A DNA stretch of 64,000 bases from Azolla caroliniana (Eukaryota; Plantae; Polypodiophyta), in assembly GCA_043228905.1 (NCBI GenBank), contig JBHGNT010000012.1, forward strand, positions 18,724,001 through 18,788,000, read 5' to 3'. Below the pieces are notes generated by a model that was not told where the DNA came from, ran no database searches, and was given only the letters and a program-made list of their open reading frames with translations. The translations under genes and the position numbers were made by a program. Shown in pieces: positions 38,680 to 51,943 of the stretch (within the stretch, counting starts at the first letter, position 1; each line of letters begins with the position of its first letter).

Positions 38680-39604
38680 TGTCGGGGTAGTTGTGGTTCG
38701 TGCGGCGAAGTCGCAGGGACGAAGGTTAAGGGGAGTTGAAGGAACTTAAATTTTAATAAGGCTTGTATGGTGATGTTAGAAAGGTTAAGAGTAGCAAGAA
38801 GAAGAGTTACGAGTAATGTGCGTGTGAGAGAGAGATGAGAATAGATAGAAGATAGAGACAATATATGATTCAAGAAGCAAGATAGAGACAAAATATGATT
38901 TAATAAGGAAGATTGAGACAAAGTATGAATCAAGGAGCAAGAGTATTTGATATAAACATGATGTATATTAAAAAGAAAATATTTTACCAACTTTACAATC
39001 CTTGATCGCAAACTGAACACATTCTCTACCGACCCTTGATTTGAACCCACGACCTCAACTTCGAAACGAGAGGTTCTCCACCCAATGAGCTAGTCTTCTT
39101 TACTTGATGGTATTATTTTCTCACTTTCTCTTGATTCATTGATTCCCTTTTGTTTTCCTTTCCTCTCTTTTTATAAGTATTTCCATGCATATGGTAATGT
39201 CATGCATGTAATGCATGAGTTACATCTGATGCATGATCGCCATTTGGCGCACATGCATTGCATGTGATGCATGATAGCCATCATGCTCATTTGAGCTCCC
39301 ATGTATTGGGATAAGTATAATGATGGATATAAGCCTAAAACAAATAACCTAGCTTAGTGGTGTATGGTTTGTGCTTGATATACAAGGTTGAGGGTTCAAG
39401 TCCCTCAATTTTACTTAATACAATATATAGCTTCATTCTTATATCATGAAGCACATTTATTATACAGTTTTACAAATAAATAGCCTAGCCTAGTGGTATG
39501 TACATTGTACATCGTATATAAGGATGTGGGTTCAAGTCTCTCAAATATTATTAAATACAACATTTAAGCTCATTTTTATATCGTGAAGCACATTCTTCAC
39601 GACA
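38680..39604 (-). mobile_element. Solo LTR U in the 3' LTR of Y
   Basis: Minus strand TGTCGTGAAG...CCGACA with perfect TSD ACGC. The Y 5' LTR shows the empty site. Confidence 0.88.
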
Positions 39605-40146
39605 ACGCGCGTAACAATGCGACACCGCGATGACTTCATACATTCCCATCGAACCTACCGGAACAGTCCGGTCTTCTCTAAGGTCTTCACCGATCACCTT
39701 TCGCAACTCGCCCAAGGTGTCGTCAAAAGAGACCGCCTCCACGGCGCCGCTGATCTCTTCGTCGGGGGAGAGGACTCTGCATCCCCTAAGCTGCTCCTCC
39801 GCTTGCTTCCTTTCTCGGCCGTTGACGCCGGCCATAGTACAACCTCCATTGTCGGAGAACCAAAATTTCCTACCTATGGTACAGGTCTTCTTCTGTACTG
39901 TACATTTGTGGGGTTTTTTCGGGGTGTCCGGACTATCGCGGCCCCACGCCTTGATAGCCCTCTCTAAAAATCCTCTCAGGTTTCGCCACCGAGGGTCTCG
40001 CGGTTACGCTCATGGTTTGGTCGTACCGTCAGGAACTAAACCGAGTGACGCCCGTCCTGGCTCTTGACTCTTGCATAGGCCGAACCGTTGTCCGGCACCT
40101 TGGTCTCCATCCATGCCGCCGTGATGTATGGTTCTCCTAGTATAAC

Positions 40147-43100
40147 TGTCAGGAATAGTACTAAAGCAAAGATGGAATTAGTAGTAAGAAGAGTAGTACT
40201 ATTAGTACTAAGAGGACGGGACTGCGTAAGATTCCCGAGAGAGAGGAAGTGGGAAGAGGAGAGAGAGAGATAGGATGATGACAGCAGCTCTTATATTATA
40301 TGAAAGAAGCCACCAGATGCAACTCTTCTTTATTTCCTTGTTGAGAAAGGATGCTACCGAGGGCGAAATCTGATGCGTCAGCCTCCATGATGAATGGTTT
40401 GCTTGTATCCACATGAGCTAGAATCGGTGCTGATGTAAAGGCTTTCTTAAGATGCCGAAAAGCCATATCTGCTTCTATGGACCAAAGAAATGCTTGGCCC
40501 TTCTTCGTAAGTTGTGTGAGAGGTAAAATAATCTTCGAGTAATCTTGTATAAACTTACGGTAGAAGTTAGCAAAACCTAGAAAACATTGTACATCTCGTA
40601 CTGACTGTGGAATTTGCCACTCTAGTACAGTTTGGATTTTAGCTGGATCCATGGCGATGCCCTTTGAGGAGATGACGTAGCCTAGAAATTCCACTTGCTT
40701 GCAGTCAAAGCTACATTTTTCTAGCTTGGCATAAAGACCATTCTCGCGGAGTCGCTTTAGTACTAATAGTACATGAGAATCGTGCTCTTCCTGGGTCTTC
40801 GAATAAATCAATAGATCATCCAGATAAATGATCAAACAGATATCCAAGAGGTCTCTGAATATATCATTTGCCATGTGTTGGAAGACTGCGGGTGCATTGG
40901 TTAGGCCAAACGGCATAACAGTATACTCGAAATGCCCATACCGCATGCGAAAGGCGGTCTTCCACTCATCTCCCGGTCGGATCCGCACGAGATTATACGC
41001 TCCTCGTAGGTCAATTTTAGTAAAAAACATGGCACCATTAACTCGCTCTAAAAGACTTGATATAAGAGGAAGTGCACACCTATTCCGGATTGTGACTTTA
41101 TTCAATCCGCGGTAATCAACGACAAGACGAAGTGAGCCATCTTTCTTCTTGACAAAGAAGATGGGTGCACCGGCCGGAGATTTCGAATGGCGGATGAACC
41201 CGCTTGCCAAGTTCTCCTCTATGTAGGCTCGAAGGACTTCTAACTCGGTGGGTGACAAGTTGTAAATTGGTCCCCATGGTGGCTCAGTTCCTGGTTGTAA
41301 ATCGATGGGACAGTCATAGGGATGGTGATGAGGAAGGGTACTGGCTTTTACCTTGTCAAATACATCGGCATAAGGATGATATTTTGCTGGAAGTTGTACT
41401 GAGGAGTCCTTCTTAATAGTGCTGGAAGGATGTACTGATATTGCAAATAGGAACATTGCCTCCTTGGGTCCTTCTTCGCGTAGTTGATGGAGTGAAATGG
41501 TCGAAACTTGGTGAGTTGATTCTTGGGGTGGTCGATATCGGACTTCTCTTGTTCTCCAATCTATGGCTGAATTATGTAATTCAAACCAAGGTAATCCTAG
41601 GACAATGGGATGCTCTAGACTACTAATTATATTAAATGATATTACACACACAAAACTACCGAGGACAACTTGAATGGGTTCTGATTCTTCCACAATATTC
41701 CCGGAAGCAATGGGATGACCATCAATGACTACTACAGATGCGGGACAAGGAAGTTTTCTTAAGGATATCTGAGAAGCTTAGGCAAAATTTCGATCCATGA
41801 AACAGGAATTAGCTCCGGAATCTAAAAGTGCTAGGACGGGTACTGGGGCAGTACTTTTAGTACTAACAATGACTTGGGCTAGGAACACATTGCTAACTTG
41901 CTTGGAAGGAATGGAACCACTAATGGGCTGTACAGATCTAGGGCTGCTGTCCAACCAAACGGCTCCTATTTTGGCTGGACTCAATCGTTTAACTCTTCAT
42001 CTAATTTACTAAGGATTTCAAATTTATTTGAGATACTTGGGCTATTAGTACTATGAATACTATCAAACACTCTATTAGTACTGTTAATACTATCAGACAC
42101 TCCTAAGGGAAGAATTGACTCGGGTTTAGTACAGGCTACAATTTGATTTACCTGTCTTCTTGGCCTATGGGGACAATTGATTGCGATATGCCCTGGTCCA
42201 CCGCAATAAAGACATAACCGATTTGCACGTCGTCGTTGCTTTTCTTCTTCCGATAACGGGCCGCGTCGACGCATGGTATCGATCTCCATCGGTGTCGAAG
42301 TATTTGCTTGAGGTATGTCTCGTGCAAATGGTCTAGCCACGACTGCGGCGTAAGTGGGCTCCGGCCTAGCGCGTGGTATCTGTAATTGACGTTCCGAACG
42401 CCGTTCGAAGAGGCGGTTGTCACATCGGACCGCTCGACTGATTGCCTCCGTAAGAGACTTTGGTTCTTCGGGGAAGGTTAGAAGTAGATCTTTGACATCA
42501 TTTCGCAGGCCATAGCTAAACTGCTCCAATAGTGCTTGATCATCCCAGGGTATGTCGGAAGCGAGTAGGTGGAAATCTGCCGCATAGGCAGAGGCTGGAC
42601 GATCGCCTTGACGCAATCACCGGATCTTGTTGATCGCCGTCCTGATGTTGTCGGTGTCTCCAAAGCAGGATTTGAACTCACTAATAAAATCTTCAAAGTT
42701 ATTAAGCAAGGGCGATTGTTTTTCTAGAAGGGGAGCGAACCATGCTAAGGTTGAGCCGCTAAGCAACGTGCCTATTAAGCCGACTCGGGATGCATCAGTG
42801 GGATATCGGGAAGGATGCATTTGGAGGACTAATCGTACCTGATTAAGGAATCCTCTGAATTGTGATCGCGTTCCATCAAATTTCACAAGAAGTCCAATCT
42901 TCGGCTCTTTATGAAATCCTTGGGGACTTGATCCTTGTTGTTGCAATGCCGCTTCGAGTTGTTGCACCCGTAACGCTAACTCCCCATGTTGTTGCTACGT
43001 TTGTTGCTTTTCTAGAGCGATTTGTTGCAGATCCCTTATCAGCCGTTGGTTTTCTTGTTCTAGGGCAACAAACTTTTCCTTTAGGCACTGTAACTCGGAG

Positions 43101-43641
43101 AAAATAGATTGATATTCTTGGGCGATAACATTAGCCATATTAGAGGGAAAAGGGTAGGAGGATGAGGGAGAACGAAAAGTAGGCTGGAGGAAAGAGGAAA
43201 ACAAATTGGTTCAAACTGTCAGGAATAGTACTAAAGCAGAGATGGAATTAGTACTAAGAAGAGTAGTACTATTAGTACTAAGAGGACGGGACTGCGTAAG
43301 ATTCCCGAGAGAGAGGAAGTGAGAAGAGGAGAGAGAGAGATAGGATTATGACAGCAGCTCTTATATTATATGAAAGATAAGTACAAATCGGCTAAGAGGC
43401 TTAAGACTGGTGTTGAACCAATTTGGTTCAACATAATGCCTAGTGCCTTCTTTTATAGTGTTGTCAGGAGTAATCCTGAAACTTCTAGAATGTTCCAGAC
43501 AAATCCGGAATATACATTACTTTCTTATAATAAAATATAAATGAAAATAATATCCTATGAATTACAATAGATGGTGTGATGGTTAAGAGCTCGACCCATA
43601 TACCATAAGGTCATGGGTTCGAGCCTTGCCATATCCTGACA
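40147..43641 (-). mobile_element. Tcn1/Tf1-sushi-like Gypsy, internally deleted (integrase and part of the 3' LTR lost)
   Basis: 5' LTR 43217-43641, 3' LTR remnant 40147-40305, TSD ATAAC, no tRNA PBS. Confidence 0.9.
40306..43138 (-). pseudogene. Tcn1-like gag and pol (protease, RT, partial RNase H)
   Basis: KFDGTRSQFRGFLNQ gag, CLYCGGPGHIAINC, ALLDSGA, YLDDLLIYS and EADASDFALG. Candidate -1 slippery site GTTAAAC at 41987-41993. Confidence 0.9.
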
Positions 43642-45394
43642 ATAACTGGATGTGAGGACGTCTCCTGCATGAAGAAGTGTTGGTCGATCTCAACATCGCC
43701 GATTTTCACCTATACGTTTAGGCAGGCTCCATGTAGTTCTTCCGTGGCGCGCGTCGCTGCCCGTATCTTCCAGCCGTGTTTGGTGTTGATCGGCCATTTC
43801 CCCTTTTTGTAGAAGTCCATGGACATCAAGTTGATTTCTGAACCGTGGTCCACCAATGCCACCATCAGCTCCAGGAAATCCCCGACCTTAACAGGGGTCT
43901 CTATGGTCGCTCTGGCCCAGTGCGGCCTCGAATAGTGGCTCTCCGCCAACTCGTCTTCTAGCGCCATGTCCTCTATGTGTGTCATTCGCACTTCCACTAG
44001 CTTCTCCGGCCCTGGCTCTATCGACAGCCTCTTCCTCTTCACCAAGTCTACGATGGAGTCGTGGAACTCCTTCTTGGTGATCCCGAGCACTTCCCTCAGC
44101 GACAGTTCCACTTTGTTGTCGAGGATACGTTCCTCCAGGACCTTTTGCAGGTTCGTGGTCCTTTCGATTTCCGTGCTCAACCGGTACCCGGCCTTCTTGT
44201 CTTTATCCGGTGCGCCGGTCGCACCGGCCTCATTCTGCCTTTGACCAAATCGGGTCTCGTACCATTGCGAGGGCCCGGTCACTCCAGTTTTACCTACTCG
44301 CTTGTCTTCCACTAGAGACTCGTAGTTCTGGCATCGGCTTCAACGAAGCCCGTCTTCTCTTCGACCGAGTCGCTCCACTCGGTTACCTCCCGGACCCGTT
44401 TTTCCGCACGGTCCGCTTCTTCTTTCCTTAGCCGTGCGCCGGCGAGGCCTTCCAGCATCAGCAGCCGGAATCCGGCTTCGTTCGTCTTCCGGGCCTCACC
44501 ACCTCCGACCCGGATCCCAACCGACGCCGAGTAGTGGACGGTCTCCACATGGCGAGCCGCCGCTTCTTCCATCAGTCGTTTCATACCCCCTCGTCCGACA
44601 TTCAGGTCTAGGGCCCTTCGGGTCTCGCTAGCGTGCACCCGACCGTTCCATAGGTACACCACATTGGCTCTCATTGCCTCGGCAAAGTCCCCGCAATCCT
44701 TCCGAACGTGGCCAACCGCATCGCACCACAAACACCGGTTTCCAGCCAGATGCCTTTGGTCACGGGCCTGTTCGCCGCCATCCCTCCGTGCCTGTGCAAT
44801 CTGAAGGTCCTTTACCATCCTAATCAGCTCCTCTAGAGCTGCTCCTCTGGACGAACCTTTGACCATGTCGGTCGAAGTTGATCCGGTCTCGAGCCAGTCT
44901 CAGGTCTCTTCCCTTTGCGTTGGTGGGGTTGGCTCGAGTTTCCTTGCTTCTACAGAGCCATCCCCTGTTGATACTTTATCGACCCACTCTCGCCGTTTGT
45001 CGAAACGGCCACAGACCCTCTTCACCACGGCCCAGTCGGCCGTCAGTCCGTCATCAGTCTCCAGCAGGAGACCCACTTGCTCCCAGTCCCTCACATCCAC
45101 CGACTTAACAAACAGCAGGACGCGACTTGTGTCTAGTACGGTCCGGTCGAGCGCCGAAAGACGCGTGAAGCGTTCTTCAAACTCCCGGAGGAGCACCGAC
45201 GCGTTTCTCCCCTTTCCAGGGGTCTCTACCCATTCCATGAAGTCCTGTTTCGAGAGCCGAAGCGTGTCATCAAGCCCATATTTTTTGAGGAGCCGACCTT
45301 CGAACTCTTCCCAGGTCCGGCTCTCAGCCCGTACCTCGAGCACCTCCGCATGGATGCCCGGCATCGCCACCCGAGGGAATCCGGTCAGTCGCCT
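43642..45394 (-). pseudogene. Z gag-protease
   Basis: Highly similar to Y gag-protease; CLWCDAVGHVRKDC, ALVDHGSEIN. Confidence 0.88.
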
Positions 45395-46460
45395 TGTTAG
45401 ATATAATCAATGATCAGCCCCAAGTTGTAAATCTATCCCCATATGTGCTCTTAGAGTGCACATTTTGTGATAGCGCCCCAAATGAGGAGCGGCTAGTGTG
45501 CAACTCGACCATATGGGTCGATAAGGTGTTAATCTAGGAAACCGTAGATGCGTAGGACACAATATATTTAGGAAAGAGAGAAATAGATAAAAGGATTGGC
45601 TAATCAAGTCAGCTAGAATATTTTGTGGGCAAGTTACGATGTACTTAGTCTTGAAGTATGCGTCATTGACTTCAAGATAAGTATTATCTAGCACTAGCCT
45701 GTACCTAGGGAGTTGGGTCATATTAAATGACAAGTCAGTTGACAGAAAAGGAATATCTCCACTACTGTCAACTGACTTGCACATTTATACTAAGACCAAA
45801 CATAGATTATAAGTCACTTTTCTCACACAGTGGTCAGATTGATCATTAGTCCCCACTAATTTTGTAGTGAGTCGGTCCATATCCTATCTAAGCTCTAAGG
45901 TGTGAGCGCATGGGAAAACTACCATTTTGAACTACTCTCATATGTAATAGAAATTCTGTTTTCATATATCCATCTCTGCAGTTGTAACTCTATATACCTA
46001 TCTACTCGATTCTCAATATTTCTAATATGGTATCAGAGCGAAGAGGTTGATCTAGATTAGGTATATACGGGTAGTTGTTGTCTAGCAACAGAGAGAAATA
46101 GAGAGAGAGAGAGAGAGAGAGAGTATCAATGGCCTTGTCCACGAATGTTGCAGCTGCTCCATTGCGCATTCGCCCACCTCCATTGTCTGATGGAAAGCTA
46201 GATGGAACCAACTACACTCTATGGAAGTTCAAAATGTCTGCCATTTTGGATTCCTACGAGTTGTTGGAAACAATCATGGGACCCACAGGGGGAGACCCTG
46301 AGCCCATGGCAACCTTTGACCCTGCACACCCTACCACATCAATTCCTCCAAATGCTGATCTACTTCGAGCCTGGAAGAGAAGGAATGCTGATGCGCTATG
46401 TACCATAGTCACTGGTGTATGTGACTCCGTACTAACACTAGTGCAACATACAACTAGGGC
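45395..46460 (+). mobile_element. Truncated Copia B: 5' LTR 45395-46027, Met PBS 46028-46039, gag start 46129
   Basis: TGTTAG...CTAATA followed by TGGTATCAGAGC; KLDGTNYTLWKFKMSAIL Copia gag N-terminus. Confidence 0.85.
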
Positions 46461-46470
46461 ACTAACACTA

Positions 46471-48229
46471 ATTTCCGACCTGTGGTCGATTAACGCCACC
46501 ACCGGTTCCTTGAGATTCCCGATACGAACCGGCATTTCTATAGTAGCTCTTGCCCAATGCGTTTTGGCGTAGTGGCACTCCGCGAGGTCGTCTTCCACGG
46601 CTATCTCATCGAGGAGTGCCACCCTTACCTCCACCGGCTTCTCGGGCTCCGGTTCCGTTGCAACACGCTTCCTCTTCACGAGGTCCACGATGTTGTTGTG
46701 GAACTCCCTTCTTGCTATGCCGAGCACTTCCCTAAGCGTGAGTTCTATGCGACTGTCGAGAACTTGCTCCTCTAGAACCTTTTGTAGGTTCGTTGTTTCC
46801 TCTATCTCCAAGCTTAAGCGAAAGCTCAGAATCCTGCCCTTCTCCTTCTCCTGGGATCCGGTCGGAGTGGCATCGTGCTTTTTGGTTGCGCTTCGTGTGT
46901 CCTGCCTCCCCAATGGGCCCGCTCCCCCAGTTTTTCCCGCTCGCCTTTCGTCAATCAGGGGTTCGTAGTTTCTGCACGCGGCCTCCACAAAGCCGGTGCT
47001 TTCTTCAACGGGGTCGCTCCACCCGGTAACTTCGCGAACACGTTCTTCTGCGTGCTCCGCTTCCTCCTTCTACAGTCTTCCTCCGGACAAGGACTCGAGA
47101 ACGACCGGCCATAACCTAGATTTGGAATCGGGTTTGGTCTTCTTCTCCCCTACGCGTATGCTGGCCGAAGCCGAATAGTGGATGGCTTCAACGTGCCAGG
47201 CCACGGCTTCTTCCATAGCCTCTTCATGCCACCTCGTCCGAAATTCGTGTCAAGCAATATTCGCATGTCGCTCGCATGTACCCTGTTGTTCGAAAGGTAG
47301 ACTACATTACTCCTAAGCATTTCTCCAAAGTCAGCGCATTCTCTCCGGGCATATCCAGTGGCGTCGCACCATACGCACCTCTGATTGGCCGGTGGTCGCC
47401 AGTCGCGCGGCTGACCTTCGTCGCTTCGTCCGGCCTGGGTGGTCTGGAGGTCGCGCACCATCCTTGTCAGTTCTTCTAGTCCGGCGCCACCTGCAGGTCC
47501 CACGACTATGTTCGCCGGGGGTGGGCCTAGCTCGAGCCACCTCCTCATTTCTTCCATTCAGGTCGGCGTTGGTTCGGCCCTGATTTCGACAACTGGTCCG
47601 ACCGACGAGGACCCCTTTTCATTCTAGTCCCGGCGTTTGTCAATCCTGCTACATACTTCCTTGACGGTCGCCCAGTCAGTCGTGAGGCCCCGGTTAGTTT
47701 CTAGAAGAAGACCCACCCTTTCCCGGACGCGTGAGTCGAACGAAGTGACAAAAAATAGAACCTTGCTCATTTTGAGCACGGTTCTGTTCAACCTAGAGAG
47801 TTGTGCGAACTGTGACTCGAACTCCTGGAGGAGCGCAGAAGCGTTCTGACCCTTGTCAGGGATGTTGACCTAGTCCATAAAATTCTTTCTCAATAGCCGG
47901 AGCGAATCCTCGTAGTTGTACCTCTCGAGAACTTCCTCTACGAACTCTACCCAATCGTGACAGCCCACTTGTATTTCGACCATCTCTATATGGATGTGTG
48001 GTGTTACGACCTGGGGAAACCCCGCTAGCCGTCTATCTTCGGGTATGTCCCTCATCTGCATTTCAGATTTGTAGGCCTCTAAGTAACTCGTGGCGTCCTT
48101 TCCGCTGAACCGGCCTATCTTGCCGACTGTTGCCTCTATGGCCCGATCGAGGGCACTCGCGCCCTCGCGAGCAATAACTAGACGGTCTACCGCCACCGCC
48201 ATCGCTTTTGCAAGTTCGCTTCCTCTCAT
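46471..48229 (-). pseudogene. V gag to start of protease
   Basis: MRGSELAKAMA...CVWCDATGYARREC...VVALIDHRSEI, ending at a deletion junction. Confidence 0.85.
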
Positions 48230-49002
48230 CTCCAGATTCCTTTGCCGCCCTTCTTCACGTCGGGTTCACCAAAGATGTCGAGGAAATCCTCGCAGATGCG
48301 TAGAAGTCAGGCAGGACCACGGGGGTCTCGAACCAAGGAATCAGGAAAACGAGGGAGGAGTTTGGGGACCGCGTAGGTCTTGAGACCACGGGATAGCGGG
48401 TAAGTCTAGCGAACGAGAGAGAGCAAGAGAATCACGCGTAGACACAGACACGGACAAAGACATTGATAACGGAGTATGTTAGGTAGAAAGAGTTCTATTA
48501 AAACCCAGGTGCACGGTGTTGTGAGTGGTTACAGCCGGATCAAAGCCGGTGATGGAGCGCGGAGCTTGGCAAATAGCTAGGTACAAAGAGATGTTGGTGC
48601 GCAGAAGGTCGATCCCCAAGTCGAGAGCACTCGGGCTTCTGACGCGATCAAGGGGAAGCGCCTTCTTCCGCGGTCAGTCCTCGGTCTTTCTCTCTGTGTA
48701 TCCTTTCCTCTAAATGGCATCCCGAAGACAGTCAAAGGTCGCCCCTTTTATAGCTCAAGGAGCGACCATTACAAACATTCATGACCCGTTACTTTTGTCC
48801 TAGATTCTCTCCCCTGATTTACTCTCCTCATAACTCTTCCTACTTATGCGATGTTTATGCTCTAACTACCTAGTACCCCTCCTTATACTCATGCCTAGTA
48901 CTTGTCCTATTTAATTCCCTCGAGGCGTGCACTCGCGTCAATCGGTGTTCCTGTGCGTTTCACCTTGTTTCTACCTATGGCCCAGAATCTTCATGACAAC
49001 GG

Positions 49003-49998
49003 TACGAGACCCAGTTCGGGCAGAATCAAAACGATGGTGGTAACCTGGACAAAATGAAGCGGGTCGGTTACCGGCTAAGCACCGAGATTGAAAGGACGAC
49101 GGACCTACGGAAGGTTCTAGAAGAACGGATCCTCGACAACAAGGTTGAGCTATCTTTGCGGGAAGTGCTTGGGATTGCGAAGAAGGAGTTCCACGATTCC
49201 ATCGTAGATCTAGTGAAGCGCAAGCGGCTCTCTACAGAGTCGGAACCGGAGAAGCCGGTGGAGGTGCGGACGGCGCACATGGAGGATGCGGCCCTAGAAG
49301 ACGAGTTGGTGGAGAGCCACTACTCGAAGTTACACTGGGACAGGGCCACCACGGAAACCCCTGTCCGGATCGGGGACGTGCAGGAGCCAGTGATTGCATT
49401 GATAGAACATGGTTCGGAGATAAACCTGATGTCCATGGACTTCTACAAGAAAAGGAAGTGGCCAATCAACACCAAGCACGGTTGGAAGATACGCGCAGCA
49501 ACGCGCGCTATAGAGGAGTTGCACAGGGTGTGCCCAAATGTAAGCGTGAAGATTGGGGATGTCTAGATAGATCACCATTTCTTCGTACAGGAGACGTCCT
49601 CGCACCCGGTGATACTTGGTGAACCGTACATTACAGCGGCAAGCATGGAAACAAAGGTGCTTGATAATGGGTAGGTGTACGCGCGCGTAACAAGCTAAGA
49701 TGGATGACACTCCGTCCAATTCTTGACTGTAAGGCCGAACCATGAGAGGAACCGCGAGACCCTCGGCGGCGATAGCTGAGGGGATTTTTAGCGAGGGCTA
49801 TCAAGGTGTCGGGCGGCAATAGTCCGGGCACACTGGAGGAACCCCACACATGTACCATAGGTACGAAGTTTCGGTTCTCCGAGAACGGAAGTTGTACTTT
49901 AGCCAACGTCAACGGTCGGGAAAGGAAGTAGGCGGAGGAACGGCTCAAGGTATGTGGAGTCCTCACCCCCGATGAAGAAATTAGTGGTGCCATGGAAG

Positions 49999-50074
<76 letters not shown>

Positions 50075-50242
50075 TCCCTTATCTTCCCTATATAAACCCC
50101 TCCTATTCTATATGGTCATGTGCACTGATGAGCTCCTTAGGAGCGAAACTAGTTTGCCACATCGACCATTTCTTTGTATTACTTTTTAAGTTTCTTAATA
50201 TGAATTAGTTTTTAGTTCATTTCTCTCCCTCTAAACTTTGTA

Positions 50243-50300
<58 letters not shown>

Positions 50301-51846
50301 ATTCTCACTCTTAATCTCAAATTCACCCACCGATTGTATACCGTTCGCACTCCTTGTATTGACCCCACGGTCTAGAACTCACAATTCGTAGTAATTTCTA
50401 TGGAGGACCAATCCACAGAGACGTGAACCCACGATGGCATATGATCGACGCCCTTCGAGTATCCACTTCGTGTCGAGTTCCCTCATTTCAAGTGGAAGGC
50501 ATTTGCAACGGCATCATCGGCATCCCATACATGCCTTCAACATATTATCTCTCACTTCCTTACATCTTTTCATTGTAAGCATGGGACTACATTCGGTAGC
50601 CATGCATTCCCTTTTGTCTCTTTTATTATGTGTGCATATGGACTACTTTCAATATTTGGCATTTTGCATAATCTTAGTATTTCCTTTCCAATGCACAGGA
50701 CTACATTGTAGCCGGCATTTGTATTCAACATATGTTCTACCCTTCCGTTGTAACCAATATACCTTGCATCACTCTCCCTCCCACTCACTTTCTCTTGCAT
50801 GATATCCTTCCCCCATAGTCTCTCTCTATATTAACTTTACCCCTCTTTTATCTTTACCTAATTCTCATAATACCCTTACCTATTTTCAACGCTACCCCTT
50901 CCCTAACTTTTCAATATTTTCACTATACCCTCCCCCTTACTTTTCCTTATCTTTAACTCTACCCCTTCCCTAACTTTTCAATATTTTCACTATTCCCTCC
51001 CCCTTACTTTTCCTTATCTTTAACGCTACCCCTTCCCCTACTTTTCAATATTTTCACTATACCCTCCCCCTTACTTTTCCTTATCTTTAACTCTACCCCT
51101 CACATTTTAACTTTTAGCATCCTCCCCTAATTCAATTTCTCCTAATTCAGTTTCTCCTATTTTCCAATTCTACCCCTCACCTCTTAATTTTTAGCCTCTT
51201 CCCCTCATTCTCCTTTTTCCTATTTTCTAATCCTACCCCTCCCCTCACCTTTTATTGTTTCCAAATTTTATTTTTTTCTAACTGTCACCTCCCCCCTATT
51301 TTTTCCTAATTTGATCTTCTACCCCAACCTTTACTTTTTCATTGCCATTCTAACTTTACCCCTACCTTTCCCTAACTCACGCCAAGTATATGAAACGATT
51401 TGGGTGCGCTTGAATCGTTCTTCGTGATCTTTTCACTTCATTCCCACTTTGTCAATTTACTCTACCCCTGTCTCGTTCACTAATTTCAATCTACCCCTTT
51501 CCCCCTTCCTTTTTTCTAGAATTACATTCATACCCCTCCCTCTTTTAGTAATTTTCTCGTACCCCTCCCCCTTTCATTCTTCTTAATCTCACACTACCCT
51601 TTCCTCCTCCACTTTAATTTCCAATCTACCCTCCAATTCTTCCTACCCCCCCTCCTTTTTTCAAAGATCTCCATACAATCTAACATACTTCACCATCCCT
51701 AACTCCCACCTCACAGACTTCTCTCCTACCCTTCCTCTCTCTTTCTCTCTAACACTCCCCTACATGTTTTTCAAATAAGCCCATAAAATCTTCTATCCCA
51801 CACCAAATATATCAAACCCCATATCTCCTACATCATCAAATTTGAA

Positions 51847-51943
<97 letters not shown>

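Larger units (their letters stand above)
23093..39624 (+). mobile_element. Gypsy element Y (Trp PBS) inserted in Z pol
   Basis: 5' LTR 23093-23798; 3' LTR 38013-38679 + 39609-39624. Flanks CCGT/CCGC; removal restores Z MYEVIADFGER. Confidence 0.92.
13691..45394 (-). mobile_element. Gypsy element Z inserted in the 3' LTR of V; 5' end lost
   Basis: 3' LTR 13691-14384 with adjacent PPT. Coding segments 14460-14645, 20158-23092, 39625-40146 and 43642-45394 rejoin once hAT, Y and the Tcn1-like element are removed. Confidence 0.85.
13447..48998 (-). mobile_element. Gypsy element V (Trp PBS) inserted in X gag; pol deleted
   Basis: 5' LTR 48276-48998; 3' LTR remnant 13447-13690 is near-identical. 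Flanks GCGG/ACGG; PBS at 48254-48271. Confidence 0.85.

Noticed and set aside
39350-39410. Functional tRNA genes at the A/B-box cassettes
   Set aside because: Acceptor and anticodon stems do not pair, so they are reported only as tRNA-like promoter cassettes.
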